NCBI GenBank assembly: GCA_964599075.1
Contig: CAZREG010000004.1
Coordinates: 38,491-102,490, forward strand
DNA: 64,000 nucleotides
Source of the DNA: an uncultured Spirochaetaceae bacterium
GTDB taxonomy: Bacteria > Spirochaetota > Spirochaetia > DSM-27196 > SLST01
Direction of reading: 5' to 3'
A program made the translations under genes and the position numbers. Of the stretch, positions 55,478 through 63,033 are shown in pieces (positions within the stretch are counted from its first letter, which is position 1; the number at the start of each line of letters is the position of its first letter). The notes below the pieces were generated by a model that worked only from the letters and a program-made list of their open reading frames with translations, searched no databases and was not told the origin of the DNA.

Positions 55478-57499
55478 ATGCGTCGGTTTGTCCTGCTTCT
55501 GGTCGCGATCACCTCTCTCATCTCATGTGCGACAGATCCGGACGCAGCCCCGGAACAGATCCGGCAGCTGGAACCTGAGGTATCAGAAGGCCGACCGATG
55601 CCTTCCACTCCTGGGGAAGACGAGATTCCGTTCGAGCTTGTCAATCCTGTTGACACCTCCCGAATCACCCAGACTGAGATCCTGTTCTCCGCTCTGTCGA
55701 GCGAGGGTCAGCTTACCGCACTGGAAATAGAGCTGCTCTCCGGTGAGGTCATGCAGAGCACCGCCAATCAGCCGTTCTCGCTTATTCCTGCCTCCTCGCT
55801 TCCGCCTGAATCCAGGCGAGTCCGTATTGCTCTCGAAGGCGGAGAGGCAATACTATCGGTCCCGCCCGGACTTGTAGACGGGGAGCGCTACGGTATACGC
55901 GTGCGCGGTGAGCTCGCCGACGGTCGGTTCACCGGCTGGCTCTCCTACGAGAGTGAGCTCGACCTGCGGCGTGACGCTCCCACACTCCAACCACTAATCC
56001 GCACGATTGACACCACACCAGCGCTCTCGCTTGTTCCCGGATACGAGGCGGCCGCCGTGCGGTTCTCAGTCTTTCGGGGCGGTTCGCTGGTCACCGAGAG
56101 CGCCGCTGCGGCAAGGGAAGTGACGCTCGTCGCCGAGCTGTCGCCCGGCACCTACCAGATCTCTGCGCGGGCGCTTCTGCCTGACGGCATAGTGACCAGA
56201 AGCGGTCCGTGGGCGGAATTGCAGGTACTTGCGGATGCCGCACCGCAGCCGGTCTGGCCAGTGGGCAGCGAGACACTTGGATCGCGGGTGGGGTTGCACT
56301 GGTCTGAGCTGGATGGTGCCTCACGTTACCAGGCACGCTTCCGAGAGCTTGGTGCTACTGCCTGGCAGAGCCTTCCGGTGAGTGAAGCTGCGTACCTGTC
56401 GATCCGCGACTTACAGGAACCCGGGACTCAATTGGAGTGGCAGGTGCGCGCCGGAAACGATGAGGGCCGCTGGTACGCATGGAGCTCCACCAGTAGCCTC
56501 ACCGTGGGTGGATTCCAACTTCAGTTTCAGCCGGTGCTGGCTCCTGGTGAGCAGGCAACGTTTGTCCGCGGCTACGCAGCCGGCAGCAGCGACGAGACGC
56601 CTGAGCGCGAGATAACGCTTACCGTCCCGTATGAGATGACCCGTACACCGCTGACGAATCAAGAGGTTGTCACCCTCGTGAACGCCGGCATCGCTTCGGA
56701 CTGGTTTCTCATACGCGACGAGGGGGTGTGGACCACTGAGCCCGATTCGGTACGCGTCCTCGGGCTCGGCCCTCTCGATTACGGACAACAGTTCGGACTC
56801 ATACGTGACGGAGGCAAGCTTGCCGTGCGCGAGCGATACGGCAGTCACCCGGCCATCGGGGTGACATGGAACGGCGCACATGTGCTGGCCAGGCTCATCG
56901 GTTTTATGGAAGGCACGAATGGTGGGCTTGATCCGCAGCGGGGGGGTCCACGTCCCGAGTATCTGAACTACCGTCTGCCCACCGAGGCACAGTGGGAGTA
57001 CGCGGCGCGCGGTACCGGCCGCCGTCTGGTGCCGTGGGATGGTACGCTCTCCGGCACCGGAGCGAACTTCTTCCGTAGCGGTGATCCCTTTGAGGATCTG
57101 CAGGAGCCGTTTACTGGCGCCGGAGGGCCCACAACGCCGGTCGGATTCTACGATGGAACGGTGCGGGAGAACTTTCAGACCCGCTCCAACGTCTCCCCGG
57201 TTGGACTACTGGACATGCTTGGTAACGTCTGGCAATGGACCGCGGATCGCTATGACCCGGACTGGTACGCCGAGAGTCCTGCAATCGATCCGTCGGGACC
57301 GCAGACCACCAGAAACCCCGCAGAGTCCGTCGCGGCGGTGCTTGCCGTAGGAGTAGATGGTGACCAGCGGGTAGTGCGCGGGACCGCCTGGAACAGCCGG
57401 GCAGATGATGTACGGATCACGAATCGAGGGCGTTTTGCGGCTTCAGGAACCAGTTTCAGCATTGGGGTCCGCCTCGTTCGCGTGCTGGAACAGCCATGA
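55478..57499 (+). CDS. lipoprotein with Ig/FN3-like repeats and a C-terminal FGE-sulfatase (SUMF1/EgtB/PvdO) domain
   Basis: MRRFVLLLVAITSLISC lipobox from the ATG at 55478. The FGE-domain motifs are TEAQWEYAARG, GNVWQWTADRY and VRGTAWNS. Confidence 0.7.
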   Translation: MRRFVLLLVAITSLISCATDPDAAPEQIRQLEPEVSEGRPMPSTPGEDEIPFELVNPVDTSRITQTEILFSALSSEGQLTALEIELLSGEVMQSTANQPFSLIPASSLPPESRRVRIALEGGEAILSVPPGLVDGERYGIRVRGELADGRFTGWLSYESELDLRRDAPTLQPLIRTIDTTPALSLVPGYEAAAVRFSVFRGGSLVTESAAAAREVTLVAELSPGTYQISARALLPDGIVTRSGPWAELQVLADAAPQPVWPVGSETLGSRVGLHWSELDGASRYQARFRELGATAWQSLPVSEAAYLSIRDLQEPGTQLEWQVRAGNDEGRWYAWSSTSSLTVGGFQLQFQPVLAPGEQATFVRGYAAGSSDETPEREITLTVPYEMTRTPLTNQEVVTLVNAGIASDWFLIRDEGVWTTEPDSVRVLGLGPLDYGQQFGLIRDGGKLAVRERYGSHPAIGVTWNGAHVLARLIGFMEGTNGGLDPQRGGPRPEYLNYRLPTEAQWEYAARGTGRRLVPWDGTLSGTGANFFRSGDPFEDLQEPFTGAGGPTTPVGFYDGTVRENFQTRSNVSPVGLLDMLGNVWQWTADRYDPDWYAESPAIDPSGPQTTRNPAESVAAVLAVGVDGDQRVVRGTAWNSRADDVRITNRGRFAASGTSFSIGVRLVRVLEQP

Positions 57500-59454
57500 T
57501 TGAAGTCAGACCGGACGCGGCCCGTCAGCGGGTTGTGTTGCGGGAGGGAAGCCGCATTCTGGGGGAGCTTATCTACCAGGTATCAACCGGTGGGGTCTGG
57601 CTCAGTCCCGTTCAGTTTGACGGTGACCAGGACGCCGTGACGGTCGGGCTCACCGGTGGTCCTCTCGGTCCGGAGGATCCGGTCGTGATCACGGACCGCT
57701 TCGTTCCCGATGAATCTTCCGTGACGTTGCATCGCTCGTGGAGATTGCCTGCTCAGCGACGTTACCGGATTCAGGTCGATTTCCGAAGCTATGCAGAGGG
57801 TCCACGGCTTGGGGTCTTGCCGGCAGTTGCAGTTTGTGACTTCCACGACCGCTCTCCTTCGCCGCATTACGGGAGCCCTGTGGAACTGTTATCAATTCCC
57901 GGAGCCGTGGTTGCAAGCCGGACGGATGCGTCCGCGCTGCTCCTGCTTGGCGGTGACCTGAAGACGCTTGCGCCGAGTATCCACATCTACGAGAGCGAGC
58001 ATCGTCAGGCGATTCAGGTGCAGTGTCCCGGGATTAACCGGATAGTCCGGTCGCAGTTGAACGCCATGGACGAGAGCGGAGGATCGATCGGAGGCGATGA
58101 GCAGGGTATTTCCGCGGACTCTGCCGGGGTGGGCGGTACCGCACGACTATCGTTCAGGCTCTACCTGAATCAGATCTCCGCAGGAGCGGCTCTGCTCGGA
58201 ATGGAAGCGGACGCCTGGTCATCGGGCAGAGCAGAAGATCAAAGTTGCGGGAGCGCATCCAGCATTCAGGAGTACCGCGAGCTCAAGTTGAGTCATCTCA
58301 ACCGTCACGTACACCGCGATCGAAGAGGGGTCTACGGACTTCGCCCGGCGCGGGACGACCGCAGACGGCACTCTCCCCGTGTCTACAGCGGTTTGGCACC
58401 GTACTGGAGCCTTGTTGCCGCGCGTGCGTTTGCCCAGGAAGGTCGACGGAGTGCCGCCGGTGCCTACCTTTCGGAGGCACGTGAGATCTGCCGCTTTTTT
58501 CTAACTGGAAAGCGATCTGATGGCCTCTACCGTGACGCGTTTGATCGGTCAACCAACATGTGGGGTTCAGTGATAAACGGAGTGTTCACCCCCGGGGCTG
58601 CCTCTGTTGGTACGAGTGCCTCAGTGGGAAGGCTGATCGCTGAAAGCTATGCAGAGCTGCGGGCGGCCGGAACAGATGCTGTGGAGCTCTCGCGTGCCGT
58701 GGGAGATCTTGCATCCGTGCTTTCCGATCTGCAGGGCCAGGACGGGCTTTGGGCCGCCGGTGATGCCCTGGCGAGTGCGGAAGTAGTGTCGCTATTCGTC
58801 AGGCTTGAGGCGATCAAGGGTCGAAACTCCCTTCGTCGATCGGTGCTCAAACGCGCCATGCTGCCGCTGCAACAGAGTTTTTCCGACAGTCACTGCCTTG
58901 AACAGACGGCCGGGAACCGGGACGAGCTCGTGATTGCTCTCCGGTCGCTCGTGGACCTTGCCCGCTACCTCAAGGACCCGCGCGTGGCAGAGCAATGCAA
59001 GGAGGTGGCATCCCTGCTTGTCGCATGGGTTTTTTCCCACCAACTGGAGTTTCCTGCACGGTCCCCTGCTGCCCGCTGCGGGCTGTCTACGCGCGGACTT
59101 TCGGCCTGCGGAATGGCACGTACCCACGTCGACTTCGAGGGGCTGCCTGCCGCCTACGAGCTTGCTCGTGTTCACGCGTTGACCGGCGATCGGCTGTTTG
59201 CAACGGTAGCGAACGCCATGTTCAACGCGCACATGCAGTCTGTCGGAGGATTGATGAGTTCCCGCCGGCTTGAAGAGGGGGGGCAGCCGGCGGAGGTAGA
59301 CTACACCCACTGGTCATCGCGTCGGCGGAAGCGCCGCTCCTCCGGGTCCATGCTGGGTGCGCGAATTGGTCAGTCCGCAGGTGCGCTCTATGCGGCCACG
59401 CTGGTTCTGGAGAACTACCCTGAGATCGCGAATCTGCGTTCGAGCTCTTCGTAG
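57496..59454 (+). CDS. hypothetical 652-aa protein (N-terminal beta-rich half, C-terminal helical-repeat half, possibly alpha/alpha-toroid)
   Basis: ATGA overlap with the FGE-domain gene. No signal peptide or TM helix and no motif I can name. It has an Arg-rich tail, RRRKRRSSGS. Confidence 0.5.
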   Translation: MIEVRPDAARQRVVLREGSRILGELIYQVSTGGVWLSPVQFDGDQDAVTVGLTGGPLGPEDPVVITDRFVPDESSVTLHRSWRLPAQRRYRIQVDFRSYAEGPRLGVLPAVAVCDFHDRSPSPHYGSPVELLSIPGAVVASRTDASALLLLGGDLKTLAPSIHIYESEHRQAIQVQCPGINRIVRSQLNAMDESGGSIGGDEQGISADSAGVGGTARLSFRLYLNQISAGAALLGMEADAWSSGRAEDQSCGSASSIQEYRELKLSHLNRHVHRDRRGVYGLRPARDDRRRHSPRVYSGLAPYWSLVAARAFAQEGRRSAAGAYLSEAREICRFFLTGKRSDGLYRDAFDRSTNMWGSVINGVFTPGAASVGTSASVGRLIAESYAELRAAGTDAVELSRAVGDLASVLSDLQGQDGLWAAGDALASAEVVSLFVRLEAIKGRNSLRRSVLKRAMLPLQQSFSDSHCLEQTAGNRDELVIALRSLVDLARYLKDPRVAEQCKEVASLLVAWVFSHQLEFPARSPAARCGLSTRGLSACGMARTHVDFEGLPAAYELARVHALTGDRLFATVANAMFNAHMQSVGGLMSSRRLEEGGQPAEVDYTHWSSRRRKRRSSGSMLGARIGQSAGALYAATLVLENYPEIANLRSSSS

Positions 59455-60623
59455 TAGTTGATGATGGTGCGAACGTAGCTGCGCTTCTCCTCGTAAGGAC
59501 GGGGAAAGAAGCTCCTCTTGAATCCGTAGATCATGATGTTCTTCAGCTGTTTTGGACTGATGTTAAACGACTCAACTGCCAGTCTGATCTCTTTCGTTAC
59601 GGTAGTGTTGCTGACCAGTCGGTTGTCCGTGCAGATTGAGAGGCTCAGATTGCGATCGAGCATCTGTCCCAGACTGTGCTGTTGCGGTGTGCCTATATCC
59701 GGACATGTCTGCAGGTTGCTCGTGAGGCAGACCTCAACGGTGATGCGCTTGTCCGCAATGTAGTTGGCAAGATCGCGGACGTAACCGTGCGGGTCGACAA
59801 CATCAGGATCCTTGATCATATCAGCCCGGAACAGCCGCAGTCCGTGACCAATTCTGTCAGCGTTGATCTTGGTGATCGCCTGAAAGATCGATTCCGGCCC
59901 GTACGCTTCGCCTGCGTGAACCGTCTTCTTGAGAAAGTGGCTATGGATGTAGTCGTATGCTTCATGATGGGCGCTTGCAGGGTACCCGTACTCGCTGCCG
60001 GCAAGGTCGAACGCTACAACCTGGATCTCTGTAGTGTCCCGCAGGCGGACGGTCGCCTTTGCAAGCTCCAGGGACGCCATTCGAATCAGCTCGTCGTCAG
60101 TGGAGTACGGATGGACGCGAGCGAGATCGCCGTAGTAGCGGCTGAACGCGGGCGTAAAGAAGCGCATGGCGGTCACGATTATCCCATACTCGAAGGGAGG
60201 CTCACCGACCTGTAGAGTGCTGTTGTACCGATCCCTGGCCTCTCGCAGACCGTGGTCTACGGACTCCATAACCTGTTCGAAGGTGAGCGAATCCGAGATG
60301 TGTAGCTGCGGCGCGAATCTCACCTCCAAGTACCGGACGCCTTCGGAAATATTGTCTTCTGCAAGCTCTCGGGCAATTCGCTCAAGGCTCTCACGGTCCT
60401 GCATGACTCTACAGGTATAGGCAAAGCCCTTTAGGTACTCGTTGAGATCGCTGTAGCTCTCCTTGAATACCTTGCTCCGTAGACCTTCCGGAGTGTAGGC
60501 AGGAAGCTCAACGCCCTGGTGCTGCGCGAGCTCAATCAACGTTGAGAGCCTAAGGCTACCATCAAGGTGCACGTGGAGATCGTTTTTGGGTATCGCATTG
60601 ATAAACTCTTCCGGGTAGTTCAT
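59415..60623 (-). CDS. adenosine-deaminase-family metallohydrolase (variant active-site motif)
   Basis: NDLHVHLDGSLR, VHAGEAYG and EVCLTSNLQT are present, with SICTDNRL where canonical ADA has S(I/L)NTDDP. A GGAGGG/AAGGAAAGG Shine-Dalgarno lies upstream. Confidence 0.75.
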   Translation of the reverse strand: MNYPEEFINAIPKNDLHVHLDGSLRLSTLIELAQHQGVELPAYTPEGLRSKVFKESYSDLNEYLKGFAYTCRVMQDRESLERIARELAEDNISEGVRYLEVRFAPQLHISDSLTFEQVMESVDHGLREARDRYNSTLQVGEPPFEYGIIVTAMRFFTPAFSRYYGDLARVHPYSTDDELIRMASLELAKATVRLRDTTEIQVVAFDLAGSEYGYPASAHHEAYDYIHSHFLKKTVHAGEAYGPESIFQAITKINADRIGHGLRLFRADMIKDPDVVDPHGYVRDLANYIADKRITVEVCLTSNLQTCPDIGTPQQHSLGQMLDRNLSLSICTDNRLVSNTTVTKEIRLAVESFNISPKQLKNIMIYGFKRSFFPRPYEEKRSYVRTIINYYEELERRFAISG

Positions 60624-60647
60624 GCCTTTCCTTTCCCTCCAAGGGTA

Positions 60648-62024
60648 CTACGCATTTCTCATTGCGTGAACAAGGAGACGAAACTGGTCCCCCCGGTCGA
60701 ATTCGTTCTTGAACATTCCGAAGCTGGCGCATCCCGGCGACAGGAGTACCACGTCGCCTGGCCGGGCCCGTGAGACCGCCGCGTCGAATGCGCCGCCGAG
60801 CGACTCATGCGGACCGGTTCTATCGACATCGACCTCAGACAAAAGCGGCACTATGAGATCTGTTGCCTCGCCGGCAAGCAGGTGAAGCGAGCGGCACTGC
60901 GCGGCAATTTTGGAAAACAGATCGAGCGGAAGGCCCTTGTCACTGCCCCCTGCTATCAGATGAACGGGGGCTGCAAAGCTCATGAGTGCGGCAAGGGCAG
61001 CCTCCTGGATAGTGGCAGCGCTGTCGTTGACGAACCTTACGCCTTGCACCTGTGCAATCGGTTCGAGCCTGTGCGGTACACCGGAGAATGAGCTCAGGGC
61101 CCGTCGAACAGCCGGGCGTGGGATGCCGGTACTCATTGCCAGCAGCGCTGCAAAGAACGCGTTGCGTCGTACGTGCAAACCGTTGAGGACGGGTGTTGAG
61201 GGAACCAACATTGCCGCCCGCTCGACTACGGTAACACCATCTGCTGCGGTTGCGACATGCTCGTTGCCGGTGACGGCGACTCGGATCGTTCGCGTTTGAT
61301 GTCGGGGGGTGTACGCCCGACTGAATGAATCGTCTGCAGAGAGAACTACCAATGCTTCCGCCTCCTGCCGTTCAAAGATGATAGCCTTGTCGCGCGCGTA
61401 GGCATCCATGGAGTTGTAGTAATCCTGATGATCCGGCAGCAGGTTCGTCACGGCAACACCCGCAAATGGAGCACACTCGCCATTTGTGTACGAGCGAGCA
61501 AGTCTTAGATCACCGAGCTGGAAACTTGAGAGCTCGAGCACTGTGACTGATTCGTCTGTGGTCGATCTCACAAAGGTTAGAGGGCTTATGGTGATGTTCC
61601 CGCCAAGGTAAGCGTCTTCATTGGACTCTCGGAGAATGTGATAGAGCACGGACGTAGTGGTTGACTTCCCCTTTGTTCCAGTCACCCCAATGATCCTTCC
61701 ACGGCAGAGGGAGAGAAAGACAGAGATGTCTGTCTCTACCACCGGGGCAACGCGAAGGAACTGCGAGTTCCGAGGCACCGCAGGGTTTTTGATGACCATG
61801 TCACTGTTACTGAAATCCTCGATCCTGTGCTCGCCGAATCGAAAACGAATCGGCAGGTCCGCCAGAAGCTCCACGCTTTGCGAAAGCTGCTCTTCGGAAC
61901 GAAGATCCGTCACGGTCACATTGGCACCGCACTCGGCAAAGAATCGAGCGCTGGCCGCACCCCCACCATGTGCCCCAAGACCCATGATCAGCACGCGCTG
62001 TTTTGTGAAATCAGAATAGTCCAT
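60648..62024 (-). CDS. murD: UDP-N-acetylmuramoylalanine--D-glutamate ligase
   Basis: N-terminal Rossmann motif VLIMGLGAHGGG and P-loop IIGVTGTKGKSTT, with a Mur ligase C-terminal domain. Confidence 0.9.
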   Translation of the reverse strand: MDYSDFTKQRVLIMGLGAHGGGAASARFFAECGANVTVTDLRSEEQLSQSVELLADLPIRFRFGEHRIEDFSNSDMVIKNPAVPRNSQFLRVAPVVETDISVFLSLCRGRIIGVTGTKGKSTTTSVLYHILRESNEDAYLGGNITISPLTFVRSTTDESVTVLELSSFQLGDLRLARSYTNGECAPFAGVAVTNLLPDHQDYYNSMDAYARDKAIIFERQEAEALVVLSADDSFSRAYTPRHQTRTIRVAVTGNEHVATAADGVTVVERAAMLVPSTPVLNGLHVRRNAFFAALLAMSTGIPRPAVRRALSSFSGVPHRLEPIAQVQGVRFVNDSAATIQEAALAALMSFAAPVHLIAGGSDKGLPLDLFSKIAAQCRSLHLLAGEATDLIVPLLSEVDVDRTGPHESLGGAFDAAVSRARPGDVVLLSPGCASFGMFKNEFDRGDQFRLLVHAMRNA

Positions 62025-62973
62025 GGTTCAACCTGAACTCACGCTTGTCATCCTCGGTAAGGTAGACCTGAATATCGAACTCCTTCCAGATTGGCGACCA
62101 CCCGTCTGACACCAGCTGTCTCATGACGCGGAACTGCGGCAGTTCCTCCGTGAATCCGTTCTGTGCTACCGAGCGCAGAGCACTTTCAATATCGCGAAGT
62201 CGTGGCAGAAGAAATGTGCGGGCTCGGTGAAGGAGCGGCACGCTCTTCTTCAGCTGCTCCAGGTCCAGGTAGCAGGCGGTGTGAGCGATCGTGCGGTATT
62301 TGCAGGTAAATATCTGGTAGGGAAAGGTGCGCCTTCCCTCCGGGGTGAAGAGGCGGCTGAAAAAGAGCGAGAGATCCCGATCGAGCCAGATTCCTGACCG
62401 CATATACCCTCGTCCGGTCTCACCGATCCAGGTCTCGCTCACAGATTGCTCCACAGAGAGCGCCGTGATGCGCCCCTGTTCGCGACTCGCTGCTCGCAGG
62501 GGCACCAGATCCATCTCGACAAATACGTCCCGCGTCCGAAAGTGCGCTGTCCGGGTATTGTTTGTGCGCTCCACCAGTTCGGCCCTCTGGGGGCGATACT
62601 CAAGATCGATTCGAAAGAGAAATGCGTAGGTCTGGTTTTCAATCCGGAAAAATCGGCACAGAGCGGGGTGAAAGATGTCGGACGGATCAAATATGTGAGT
62701 GAGACCGGTAATCATCCCGGGCGCTTGTCGATGGAGCTGTGACACTACCGATCGGACTGCGTGCTGGAGCTCTTCTGAAGGCTCATTGCTCGCGCTGTCG
62801 TGGTGGATTGGGTAGCTGACGACATCGATCGGGTCGTTGAATCTCAGGAAGAGTTCACCAGTGTGAGAGAAGTGCCGCTGGACGGCAGAAGACCCGCTGG
62901 TGGGTGTGCTCAGAAGCTCATTTATCGCGGCATCACTATACCGAATGGGGATCTTTCCCGAACCATAGACCAT
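62011..62973 (-). CDS. hypothetical 320-aa cytoplasmic protein
   Basis: The ATG at 62973 (MVYGSGKIPIRY...) is preferred. The track ORF continues to 63279 but would overlap the divergent gene at 63034 and both promoters. Its 3' end overlaps murD by 14 nt. No recognisable motif. Confidence 0.5.
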   Translation of the reverse strand: MVYGSGKIPIRYSDAAINELLSTPTSGSSAVQRHFSHTGELFLRFNDPIDVVSYPIHHDSASNEPSEELQHAVRSVVSQLHRQAPGMITGLTHIFDPSDIFHPALCRFFRIENQTYAFLFRIDLEYRPQRAELVERTNNTRTAHFRTRDVFVEMDLVPLRAASREQGRITALSVEQSVSETWIGETGRGYMRSGIWLDRDLSLFFSRLFTPEGRRTFPYQIFTCKYRTIAHTACYLDLEQLKKSVPLLHRARTFLLPRLRDIESALRSVAQNGFTEELPQFRVMRQLVSDGWSPIWKEFDIQVYLTEDDKREFRLNHGLF

Positions 62974-62979
62974 CTCCTG

Positions 62980-62985
62980 ACTATA
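62980..62985 (-). promoter_or_regulatory. TATAGT -10 box, 6 nt upstream of ATG 62973
   Basis: Read on the minus strand. Confidence 0.35.
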
Positions 62986-62999
62986 CCTGTCTTTTGCAA

Positions 63000-63028
63000 T
63001 TGTTGAGAACCGCTTTGTACGGTATGAT
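63000..63028 (+). promoter_or_regulatory. TTGTTG-17-TATGAT promoter, 5 nt upstream of ATG 63034
   Basis: Read from the sequence. Confidence 0.4.
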
Positions 63029-63033
63029 AACCC

